This document shows positions 9,478-19,164 of a stretch of DNA of 53,389 nt, one piece after another. The position numbers and the translations under genes were made by a program. The stretch's first letter is position 1; each line of letters begins with the position of its first letter. Under the pieces are notes generated by a model. It searched no databases and was not told the origin of the DNA. It saw nothing but the letters and a program-made list of their open reading frames with translations. The stretch is taken from positions 1-53,389 of the IMG/VR virus record IMGVR_UViG_3300038315_000297; one strand, 5' to 3'. Origin of the DNA: a virus. Taxonomy: Duplodnaviria > Caudoviricetes.

Positions 9478-12400
9478 ATGCAGAATTACTATTCTATTAC
9501 TGAATTTGCGGATGTACTAAGAAATAAATATCCTGGCCAGTTTGATATTTTCGATGATGATAATTTCTTAGTAAGAAATCTTCTCCTAAAATATCCTGAT
9601 TTATCTAAACGTCTAAATCCAGACGATCTCTACGAAATATTCCCTGAGTATAAGCCTATGTCTGTTGAGATGTATGAAGATTATGGAGAGAGTGCTAGAG
9701 CTCCATTTGGAACGAGGTTTATGCATAGTTCTAAGTCGATGTTGCTTGACGTTGTTACGACTGGCGGTGACTTACTTGGTGTAGACAATATAAGAGAATG
9801 GTCTAAGGGTATTAAAAATGATTGGATGAGACAAGACCCATCGCTTCAGGCTTATATGCTATGGAGAGAAGACGAGCCAGTTAGTCGAGAAAACTTCATG
9901 GATTTAGACATGATAGAGCGTGGTTTTGGCGAAATGCTACCCTCTTATGCAGCTATGTTTGCAGCCGCTGGCATAGCTACTGTTGCTAGTGCTCCTGTTG
10001 GACTGGTAACTTTAGCAACAATAGGTACTTTGGAAGGTACTAGTGAGTATGTGGAGGCCAGAGATATATTAGAGAAAAAGGGTGTTCCCGATAATGAAGC
10101 TAAATTGACTTCTGGATTAGCTTCACTTGCTTATGGAATTATAGCAGGATACCTTGAGCGCATTCCATTCTTCCATGCTATTAGAAGATTTCCAGGCCTT
10201 AAAACTGAGGTTGGAAAGAAGATGCATAGCAGACTTATGAACGCTATTACTAATAAGGTGTTTTCAAAAGGTCTTGGGTCTCAGAGTTTCTGGGCTAGGC
10301 TTGCATCTAAGGGTGGAGTTATTGGTACTGAGGCTATTGATGGTATGTTTACTGAAGCTGTGACCGAGGCTGCGCAGGGTCTATCACAGAATGTTATCAA
10401 CTGGGGACTAGAGAATGGTTGGGGTGATACTCCTGATGAAGTGATGTCTAATATAACAAAGGCTACTAGAGAGGGTCTAAAGGATCAAGAATTAATAGAG
10501 CAGGCATACGGTGGTGCAATAGGTGGTGGTATATTTAGTGGATTTGGAGGAGCAGTTGGGGGAGCTAAGAGACAGAAGGAAACAATAGATTACATTGATG
10601 ATTTTGGAGAGACTGTAGCACAGAAAGCTTCTGATGCAGCGCATGGTGTACCCCCAACATCTGCTCCCGCGGCCCCACCTGTAGGTGATGGAGAGTTTAC
10701 AGCTCCAACCTTTCTAGAATCACTTGCATTTGACGCTCCTGTATATAATTACTCTACCCTTGCAGTTGATGAAGATAAAGCAGCTGCGGCTGCTGAATCC
10801 ACTAAGGATATTGAGTCATATCAAGAAAGAGCAGTCAAATTCATTGAAGAGATGGGTGATCCGACACTAATAGATGAGCTCTCAGAATCCGCCAGATCGA
10901 ATCTTCTTCATGGAGTGGGTAGATGGTTCAAAGAAGAAGGAATATTACCCGCAGACGCTAAAATATCAACGGAGAAGGTACGTTCTATGTTGGATCGGAT
11001 AGCCACTGGCAAGGCAAAGATAGGAACTTCTATTGAAACAGCTCCAGGCGGTGATTTAGTAGGAGTTGTTAAGACATTACTAGCTGATGATATTGTTAAA
11101 GCTAAGCTAGAAAGCGACATCCAATTTATGATGGAAGATTCTCAAGTGAACATGGCTGATTTAAATATAGGAGACATGGTTGTAGAGGAAGACCCATCTA
11201 TTACAGCGGTTGAAGGGCAAATAGATGTAGTTACAGAAGAAGCCGTGCAGGCTATATCTGATGAACAAAAAGCAGATATGTTATCCGTTGGTGATAATGT
11301 AACAATAGTTGGAGTTGATAAGCATCAGGGGAAATCAGGTGAGATATTAAAGAAGACAAAGAAAGGGGTAGTTTTAAAGGTAACATTACCAGATGGTAAG
11401 AGTAAGCAAATTACATTCCCTTACAAATTTATAGAACCAGCAGACATAGTAACAGAGAAGAAATCCGCTAGGGATTTAATAGAGGATGAGATAGAAATCT
11501 ATAATGTAAAAGGTGAGAAATATACGGCAAAAGTAACAGCAAGAAGTGAGGCGGGATCAATAATGGTTCTCAATCAAGAAGGGGAGGAGGTTATTCTTGA
11601 TGATGATCTCACGGCTGTAACTCAGGATGTGAATAGTCCTACTTATCAAATACAATCTGCTGGTCTTAGTGCTACTAGTCAGGGCGAAGTGGTTAGTGAA
11701 ATGTCTAATGAGCAGTTAGCAGAGATAGAAAGCGAATTAGCTGAAAGATTGCAAAAAGTGGCTGGGTCAGGGCAGGGTGCCGAGCAATCAGCATTTATGG
11801 ATTTAAATGCAGTCAAGCTGGCGGCTAGGAAACCTGCAGAAGAAAGAGCTGAGGAAGAGCCACCACCAAGATTCTTTCCTAAGCCTGGTATTGGCGCAAT
11901 GGAAAAAGCAAGGGCTAAGGATAAAGCGGTACCACCCCTTACTCTTGAAGACATAGACAATGAATTAAGACCAGACCCTAAACGTACAGTCGCAGCTATT
12001 GTAAAAGCTCACGAAGGTGAATTTACTAAAAGCCAAGCTAAGTCTGTTTATGATAGCATGCGAAAAAGATATGCAAAATTTAAAAAAGACCCTATTGCAT
12101 ATCTTAAAGCTGAAATTAAACAGAAAGAAGATGGTCTGAAAAAAGGTACATACAAAAAAACAAATACTAAAAAGTATGTACAAGAAAGATTGGCTCAAGA
12201 GAAAGCTCTCCTTAAGAATCTAGAGGGAGCTCCAACAGAAAAGGAGGAAGAACCTCAAGAGACAGTTATAGCTGAAGCTCCTGTTGAAGCTAAAGAAGGT
12301 GTGTCCTTTGATGAGTCTGGTGCTATGGTGATTAGGCAGTCCCCTATGAGTGGAAAGAAACATATGATGTTTATTCCTGGGGCTACTGAGCAGCAGTTTA

Positions 12401-15400
12401 GAGACTGGCAAGAGAAGGGATTACATATTCAAGATGCATTTCCCAATCTAGATGCACCAGAAAGAGAGTTTTTACTAAGTGGGATGACTCCAACTGAATG
12501 GGAAGCTGCTTTCCCACCAGAGCCAGATGAGACTCCGTATAAAGTTATTGATGGCCCATTCAAGGGAGCTATAGTTGTTACCGATGAAGATGGAATAGTT
12601 ACAGCATTTGACAAACCACCAGATGTAGGGTGGAATGCGGATATGCAAGAGAAGGATGTCATTGGACAGCCACTTGACTTTATAGGAGACCCGAATGAGT
12701 TAAAAGAGATAGGGGGTACTCTAGAAGATGTCGCTGCGAGAAAAGCCGCAGAAGAAGAGGGAGATAGTCCAGAGTTTGATAAGTTACCTGATCCTGTTGA
12801 GGGATCACCAACAATGACATATACTGGTGTTGGGTCTAGGGATACTCCATCTGATATTAGAAAACAGATGAATGAAGTATCTAAAGTTTTGGAAAAGGCT
12901 GGATATACTGTAAATACTGGTAATGCTAAAGGTGCTGACGCGGCATTCAGATATGGCGTAGAAAAGAAAAATATATTTACACCGAAAGATGCTGATGATG
13001 ATACAAGAAAGATCGCAAAGGAAATACATCCTCTTAAAGAAAAGTTAACAAAAGAGAAGGGGTTAGACTTACATGCTAGGAATACATTCCAAGTTTTTGG
13101 TAAGAACCTAGATACTCCTGTTGATTTTGTCCTAACTTGGACTAAAGATGGTGCTGTTAGGGATGAGGATGCACCTGGGAGCGGTAATATAAGAACTATA
13201 AAAACTGGAGGTACTGGACAGGCAATATCTCTAGCTAGTCTAAAGGGTATCCCAGTTATAAATATGGCTAACGAGGGGTGGCAGGATCAGTTGATTGCGG
13301 TAGTTGGAGATCAAGCAGGAAAAGCTGGTAAGAATGCTCTTGTTGAACTTTTCAAGACAACACCTATGGTGGCAGAGGATGAGGAAGAGGACGTAACAAA
13401 TGTTGATGAAATAAATGATATAAAATTAGATAGAAGCATAGCGGCAGCTGAAAGATACAACAAAACTGGTAATCTGTCTATGATAATAAGAGGAGAGATA
13501 CACGATCTTACTGATGAAGAACTTAAAAAGATGGATGAAATTGAAAAGGCAGAGGGGGGCATATATAAACTGGGCCCTAAGGAAGTTGCTCAACAATTAG
13601 AATTTTTTCAATTAAAGGTAACCGTATTTAAAAGAGTTACGGGAGAAAGTGTTCGTAAGGATACACCTAAAGCTGAGAAGCCTCTTACTCCTGCTGGTAT
13701 TAAGACGAAAAATTTTCGTACCATGACGGAGAGAAAAAAGGAAGCTGCTGTACAGGGTGACAAGTCTGCTCAAGCTGAGTGGGCTGTAGAGGAAGTGAGT
13801 GAATTTTATAGTGCTGTTGAGGATGGTAATATTTCTGAGATAAGAGAAGAAGCTATGGGTTTGCTACGTTTAGCTCAGCACTGGCCCGATAATGCTGATG
13901 TTCGTCTTACAGTACGGAAGGTTATAAAAGATATAAATAAAGTATTCCCAACTAAGGAGTCTTTTAATGAGGCTTTTGATAAATGGAAGGCTGCTAAGAT
14001 AAAAAAGGGGCAAGCCCAAGAAGGTGTATATGTTGAAGATTTAAAAAAGACTTTAGAAGAAATTGGGCAAAAAACGCCACCAGATAAGGGAGAGTCTGGT
14101 AAGTTTGGAGTCATGGGTGAACCAGCGCCCAAGAAGAAAGAAGTTCGACTTCCCGAAGAGTCATGGTTAAAAGCAGACATCATTAGCTTTGCTGATTCTA
14201 GAAACATTAAGATTAATAAGGGTGCGAATAAGGCATCTCTTGTTAAGGCAATACTAAAAGAGGTTAAGCTCAGAACTTCTGGTAAAAAGACGGTAGCTGG
14301 AGAAGCTAAAAAAGCTGTAGAAGAGAAGAAGAAAATCACAAAGGTAGAAGCACTAAAAAGATTTAAAGAAAGATTGTCTGGCAAGAGAGAGTTCCCAAAG
14401 AGAACGAAAAAAGATAAAGATGTAATGCCGATAGACAAGGATAAGAAAAGGAAGAAAAAGGATGACGATAATACCAACTCATTTGTAGACGTATCTCATA
14501 TTAGAAAGAAGAGTCGACACAGCCTTAAAGGTAATAACATTAAAGAGACACGCAAGATTAGGCGGGTTATCTTTAGAAGATTAAGAAGGAAGATGCCCTT
14601 CATTAAGCCATTCGAGAAAGGGTTCGTAGTTAATGCTAATGAGTTACCTGTGGGTATTATGGGACAATCTCTTGGTGATCTAGTAAGATTTGCTAATATC
14701 ACCCCAGAGGGGAAAGAAGCATCTCTAGAGATTATTCCTCACGAATATTTCCATGCTTACTGGAATCTTTTAGGAGAGACCAGCCCTCTAGTTAGACAGG
14801 CTGTGAAGATGTTTGGAACAGAAGCAATGGAGTGGGCTGCTACTGAAGAGACTGGAGAATACAGAAATTTAGATAAGTTCCAAGCTGTTGGAGAGCGTCT
14901 AGCACAGGCCGTTGGTCAAGTATATGCTCATAGAGCCGTGAGAGAGTTCAATCCTAAAGGACAATTACTTGAGAAGATGAAAGCATGGTTAGTAAGATTT
15001 TGGAGAAAATTAAAAGCGATGGTGGCTCCTTCAAAACTAACATCAGATCAAGTAGTTACTCTTATTGCTGAAGAGTTCTATGAGGATGCTCCTATGGAGA
15101 TTGGAGTTAGACCAGTAAGTATAAGTAAAGAAGTCAGGAAGAGATATAAACATAAATATTCTAAAGAAAAAATGAAGGAACTAAAGGCTGGTAGGTCTAG
15201 ACGTGCAGCAAATCTATTTGCAGATGAGAACGCAGACTTTTCATCTACTATCGCTGATGAGGAGGAAAGGGATTATGATGACTGGGCATCTAACTCTGAA
15301 TCTGAAGCGGATTGGGGGTACAAGAGGTTCTTAGAGACTGGTGTTAGCGTCTGGGGAGTCTCAATGGATAGGTCTGAGTTCTTGAAGATGATAGATTTTG

Positions 15401-18400
15401 CTAAGTCGTTACATAAATCAGGTTTTGATGTTCGATCCAATAGAATGAGGTTTATGAAGTATGTAACTCAGGGAGACTGGGCCAGTAAAGAGAAACAAAT
15501 TAGGATTCTAGCAGAGAATGCTCTTCGAGAGCAAAGGCATCGTAGGCCAGCGGCGCAACATCTAAGACAGGTTGTTAATAGGTTATACACTCACGCTCAA
15601 GACAGTATACCAAGATCAGACAAGGTAAGCTTTGAAGTCCTTGATGGCGAAATGACATTACAGGGAGACAAAGAATCTATTACTGGCCGCAAGCTTTCTA
15701 TGTTCCAAAGGAAATCATTTATTGATGAGACTCCTCTGGGAGATAAGACTGCTTACCTTAAATTCTCTGATATAAATAAGACATTTACATATACAGACTC
15801 GGATGGGCAGGATAAAACCAGCTATTACAATGTTGGTAATCAATGGGTAGCAAATAGATTTGACAGACTTGAAAGAGATATTTCAAAATGGGTTGACTCT
15901 GGTGGATTAGATACTCCTTACTCTATCGTAGGTGTTAGAGGAGCAAATCAATCGACACTAATTTTGACTGAGGTATCTCAGGAGTGGGTAGAAAACAGTG
16001 ATAATATGGAAGCTATAAGTGAATACTTTGAAGCTGAGAAGAAAGCGGGGAATGTATCTCAACAAGATATAGATAACTGGATAGTATATGCAGAGAATCA
16101 GATAGTTGAGTGGAATAATCCCATAGCCTACGCTCAAGCTATCTCCAGACATGAATGGTGGAAGGCTGCTTACGGAGAACAATATTTACAGGAGTCTAGA
16201 AAATTAAGGAGAGAAGACCCCGAATCTTATAAAGGTATTGCAGATGAGTTCAGCAGAACTAGATCAATATTAGCTGAGGGATGGAGACCTTACGGATGGA
16301 CAGGTAATAAGGGTACATATGATATGGTAGTCATTGATCCTAGTGAGGTTGAGATAAGAATGGTTGTCGATGGGGTAGAGAAGACAATCTCAGCAGAGGA
16401 GGACTTCTTACAGATCGGAAAGAAAAGGTATAGATTTGATGGATTTATGCCAGTAGATAGTCGGTCTATGGGAAAGATAGCTCATGCTATAGGTAGAGAG
16501 CCAGAGAGAGGAGAAAGACTTACTGAGTTTAAGCCATATATATATCATGTTGATGGTGAAGGTATGATAATGGAAAAAATGAATATGTCTGAAGCCCCAT
16601 CTGGTATGCAAATTATTAATAAGGAAACTAAAGCTCCTATCATCAGTGTTCGCGGTGACACTGGTAGGATAGAGTATGTCTTTCATGGGCCTGATGGTGA
16701 CGTAAATATACAAGCTTGGGCTAGTACAGAAGAGACTAAGAAGAGTAGTGGAGCATACAGTCAAACAAACTCCGTTCTAACATTGCCCGAGTCATCTTTG
16801 AGAGTCATTAGTGCTGGTGATGAGTCTGGTAAGAGAAGTGCTCCCTTCCCTATGACATGGATGGATTTAGCTATATCTCCAGACCTTCTACAGGATGAGG
16901 ATTTCAGGGCTGGGTACAAGATAGTTGCTAATCATCTAGTAAGCCATGCAAGGAAACACATATCTAACCTAGTTAAGATGCGGTCTGACCCAGCAAGGTT
17001 ACGTGAAATGCTAGTAGAGCTGGGAGCAATAAAACATAAGACTACATTCACTGAGTTTGAGTTGATAAAAGCAATAGACGCAGCAGCTTTGCTGCATCCT
17101 GTTTACATGAAGAGACACGCACCTTCTATTATCAATAGCGTAATTAAGCAAACCGCCTTCAAAGGGAGGCGGGATGGGCAAGGAAGCTACATCGCGATGG
17201 CTCCCGATTTTGCTGACCACTTGGGTGAAGACGAGATTGCCTATGGAGATGGTAATAGAACGATGGTTAGACTCACAGCTCAGGAAGCATATGAAGATAA
17301 AGATGAGTTTCTAGATTTCTGGTCTAGATATAGAAAGAAGCGTGAAAGGGAAGCTGCTATTGCAGAACTAAATGAAAGATTGAAAACAAAAAATATAGAA
17401 CATCTCAGAGGTAGGCAGCCAGTCGTTGATATTCCTTCTCTTGCTCTAAGAAGAGTCAAGTTTATAGAGTATGATGGTGGTAACAGGGTTTTTGTAAACG
17501 CGATTGATACTTTTAAGTGGCTTCAAGGAGATTTTGATGGCGATCACTTGATGGTAGAGTCTCTTCCCCCAAAAGTGAAACAGGGAATGAAGATGATGAT
17601 GAATAGTGATGCATATAAATCCCGTGTGAAGAGTACCAGACTAGATATATTTGAGCATAGTAAGTTCAAAGGGGTTTTATCCAATTTTAATGACCTTACA
17701 AAGGTAATGGAGAATACATCAGTTGCTCATGCATCTGAGGGTATAATAAATAACTTCAAATCCATAAGGGAGGTCTTGGTATTCAAGAACCTCAAGACAC
17801 AATGGAAAGTGATGGGTAAAGATGTATCTATAGAGGTTGTCCCTCCAGCCGAGATGGTTATTATAGATTATGCCCCTCTTGATAAGAGTATAGTCTCACA
17901 GCTTGAAGTGTATAAATCATTAAAAGATGAGGGTATAAGTGTTGTTGATAAGGACGGCAAGGTCTACGGCCCTAAAAAAATAGCAAAGGCAGATGTCCCA
18001 CTATATTTAAAAACTACCTCTGCTCATGAAGCATCTATATTATTACAGGCGGCTGTAGATAATGTGAAAGAGATGTTACTCCCTCACTGGGGATATAATG
18101 GGTATTCTTTCTTGGTGGATAGAATACTTAGGAGAAGCGATGGAAAAGAACTGTCAACAATGATGAAAGAGATATATATCAAAGATATTTTTGGAGCATT
18201 TAAATATTCTCCTCTCAGAAGAGGAAGGGAAATGGGAAGAGGGCAAAGGTCTCTTAATATGATGGAGATGTATGGATATTCTCAGAACTTCCATAATTAC
18301 AATACCGCAACTGATAAAAACAAGTCTACTTTAGATAGAGCTGTAATGAGAGGTGGAATAAAAGAAAAGTCTATGGATTATACTGTAGCCAGAGCAAGAA

Positions 18401-19164
18401 CAGAGAGAGAAGGACAGAAATTAGAAGGACTTACTGTTGATGCGTACAATGAACAAGCAGGAATGGAAACTCGCACAGTATTTGAGAATATAATGCCAAT
18501 TCTTTATGAAGAAATTCAAAAGCATGAGGCAGCATACCCATTAGATACAATTTCAGAGGGAGACATCTTTGCTCTTACAAGAGACCATACTGCGAACGCT
18601 CACATAGCTGCAATAAATGAGTTTAACGAGGTGGCTCCAGCCGAAGCAGCTAAGATCGGATTAAAGATAGCACAAGAAAATGTAACAGAAGGAAGGAAGT
18701 TTGCTGACAAGATGGTCAGTGATTATCTAAATATATTTGCTAATGAAGAGTTTCAAGATGAGCATGGTAATACATTCCCATTAAGAGATAGATTTATTAC
18801 TAAGTATGAATATAGTGAGGCTATAGGTGCTTTTATTGAGAAGTGGCTACCGAAATTTAGAGCTCTTAGCCCAGAGACAAGGTGGATGGCAACACAGAGA
18901 CATTTCGATGGTGTGATGTTAAGGGTAGGCCAGAAGAAAGGAAAGACTAGGAAGAGAGATATAAAAGATATAGAGAATGTTGTTATGTTACTTCCATTTG
19001 AATTAATGGAGAAGGAAGCTGCTATTCTATACTTTAATTCCTGGGGTAAAAATCTTTTTGAGGTTCCCACTCGTGATGAGCTGATAGAGAAAGAAAAAAT
19101 GAGTTTTGAAGTACGTACTGTTCAATATGAAAAAGAGTTACAAAAAAGAGTGTGTAAAAAATAA
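9478..19164 (+). CDS. Giant polyvalent virion protein with a double-psi beta-barrel DNA-dependent RNA polymerase (virion RNAP), zincin protease and accessory domains
   Basis: 3228 aa. QGDFDGDH (DFDGD at 17530-17544) is preceded by LRGRQP (RQP 17413-17421) and FKGRRDGQGSYIAMAPD (about 17158-17208), in the same order as the bacterial beta' motifs GKRVDYSGRSVI, NRxP and NADFDGD. HEYFH at 14740-14754. The N-terminus is hydrophobic, as in ejection proteins. Confidence 0.8.
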   Translation: MQNYYSITEFADVLRNKYPGQFDIFDDDNFLVRNLLLKYPDLSKRLNPDDLYEIFPEYKPMSVEMYEDYGESARAPFGTRFMHSSKSMLLDVVTTGGDLLGVDNIREWSKGIKNDWMRQDPSLQAYMLWREDEPVSRENFMDLDMIERGFGEMLPSYAAMFAAAGIATVASAPVGLVTLATIGTLEGTSEYVEARDILEKKGVPDNEAKLTSGLASLAYGIIAGYLERIPFFHAIRRFPGLKTEVGKKMHSRLMNAITNKVFSKGLGSQSFWARLASKGGVIGTEAIDGMFTEAVTEAAQGLSQNVINWGLENGWGDTPDEVMSNITKATREGLKDQELIEQAYGGAIGGGIFSGFGGAVGGAKRQKETIDYIDDFGETVAQKASDAAHGVPPTSAPAAPPVGDGEFTAPTFLESLAFDAPVYNYSTLAVDEDKAAAAAESTKDIESYQERAVKFIEEMGDPTLIDELSESARSNLLHGVGRWFKEEGILPADAKISTEKVRSMLDRIATGKAKIGTSIETAPGGDLVGVVKTLLADDIVKAKLESDIQFMMEDSQVNMADLNIGDMVVEEDPSITAVEGQIDVVTEEAVQAISDEQKADMLSVGDNVTIVGVDKHQGKSGEILKKTKKGVVLKVTLPDGKSKQITFPYKFIEPADIVTEKKSARDLIEDEIEIYNVKGEKYTAKVTARSEAGSIMVLNQEGEEVILDDDLTAVTQDVNSPTYQIQSAGLSATSQGEVVSEMSNEQLAEIESELAERLQKVAGSGQGAEQSAFMDLNAVKLAARKPAEERAEEEPPPRFFPKPGIGAMEKARAKDKAVPPLTLEDIDNELRPDPKRTVAAIVKAHEGEFTKSQAKSVYDSMRKRYAKFKKDPIAYLKAEIKQKEDGLKKGTYKKTNTKKYVQERLAQEKALLKNLEGAPTEKEEEPQETVIAEAPVEAKEGVSFDESGAMVIRQSPMSGKKHMMFIPGATEQQFRDWQEKGLHIQDAFPNLDAPEREFLLSGMTPTEWEAAFPPEPDETPYKVIDGPFKGAIVVTDEDGIVTAFDKPPDVGWNADMQEKDVIGQPLDFIGDPNELKEIGGTLEDVAARKAAEEEGDSPEFDKLPDPVEGSPTMTYTGVGSRDTPSDIRKQMNEVSKVLEKAGYTVNTGNAKGADAAFRYGVEKKNIFTPKDADDDTRKIAKEIHPLKEKLTKEKGLDLHARNTFQVFGKNLDTPVDFVLTWTKDGAVRDEDAPGSGNIRTIKTGGTGQAISLASLKGIPVINMANEGWQDQLIAVVGDQAGKAGKNALVELFKTTPMVAEDEEEDVTNVDEINDIKLDRSIAAAERYNKTGNLSMIIRGEIHDLTDEELKKMDEIEKAEGGIYKLGPKEVAQQLEFFQLKVTVFKRVTGESVRKDTPKAEKPLTPAGIKTKNFRTMTERKKEAAVQGDKSAQAEWAVEEVSEFYSAVEDGNISEIREEAMGLLRLAQHWPDNADVRLTVRKVIKDINKVFPTKESFNEAFDKWKAAKIKKGQAQEGVYVEDLKKTLEEIGQKTPPDKGESGKFGVMGEPAPKKKEVRLPEESWLKADIISFADSRNIKINKGANKASLVKAILKEVKLRTSGKKTVAGEAKKAVEEKKKITKVEALKRFKERLSGKREFPKRTKKDKDVMPIDKDKKRKKKDDDNTNSFVDVSHIRKKSRHSLKGNNIKETRKIRRVIFRRLRRKMPFIKPFEKGFVVNANELPVGIMGQSLGDLVRFANITPEGKEASLEIIPHEYFHAYWNLLGETSPLVRQAVKMFGTEAMEWAATEETGEYRNLDKFQAVGERLAQAVGQVYAHRAVREFNPKGQLLEKMKAWLVRFWRKLKAMVAPSKLTSDQVVTLIAEEFYEDAPMEIGVRPVSISKEVRKRYKHKYSKEKMKELKAGRSRRAANLFADENADFSSTIADEEERDYDDWASNSESEADWGYKRFLETGVSVWGVSMDRSEFLKMIDFAKSLHKSGFDVRSNRMRFMKYVTQGDWASKEKQIRILAENALREQRHRRPAAQHLRQVVNRLYTHAQDSIPRSDKVSFEVLDGEMTLQGDKESITGRKLSMFQRKSFIDETPLGDKTAYLKFSDINKTFTYTDSDGQDKTSYYNVGNQWVANRFDRLERDISKWVDSGGLDTPYSIVGVRGANQSTLILTEVSQEWVENSDNMEAISEYFEAEKKAGNVSQQDIDNWIVYAENQIVEWNNPIAYAQAISRHEWWKAAYGEQYLQESRKLRREDPESYKGIADEFSRTRSILAEGWRPYGWTGNKGTYDMVVIDPSEVEIRMVVDGVEKTISAEEDFLQIGKKRYRFDGFMPVDSRSMGKIAHAIGREPERGERLTEFKPYIYHVDGEGMIMEKMNMSEAPSGMQIINKETKAPIISVRGDTGRIEYVFHGPDGDVNIQAWASTEETKKSSGAYSQTNSVLTLPESSLRVISAGDESGKRSAPFPMTWMDLAISPDLLQDEDFRAGYKIVANHLVSHARKHISNLVKMRSDPARLREMLVELGAIKHKTTFTEFELIKAIDAAALLHPVYMKRHAPSIINSVIKQTAFKGRRDGQGSYIAMAPDFADHLGEDEIAYGDGNRTMVRLTAQEAYEDKDEFLDFWSRYRKKREREAAIAELNERLKTKNIEHLRGRQPVVDIPSLALRRVKFIEYDGGNRVFVNAIDTFKWLQGDFDGDHLMVESLPPKVKQGMKMMMNSDAYKSRVKSTRLDIFEHSKFKGVLSNFNDLTKVMENTSVAHASEGIINNFKSIREVLVFKNLKTQWKVMGKDVSIEVVPPAEMVIIDYAPLDKSIVSQLEVYKSLKDEGISVVDKDGKVYGPKKIAKADVPLYLKTTSAHEASILLQAAVDNVKEMLLPHWGYNGYSFLVDRILRRSDGKELSTMMKEIYIKDIFGAFKYSPLRRGREMGRGQRSLNMMEMYGYSQNFHNYNTATDKNKSTLDRAVMRGGIKEKSMDYTVARARTEREGQKLEGLTVDAYNEQAGMETRTVFENIMPILYEEIQKHEAAYPLDTISEGDIFALTRDHTANAHIAAINEFNEVAPAEAAKIGLKIAQENVTEGRKFADKMVSDYLNIFANEEFQDEHGNTFPLRDRFITKYEYSEAIGAFIEKWLPKFRALSPETRWMATQRHFDGVMLRVGQKKGKTRKRDIKDIENVVMLLPFELMEKEAAILYFNSWGKNLFEVPTRDELIEKEKMSFEVRTVQYEKELQKRVCKK

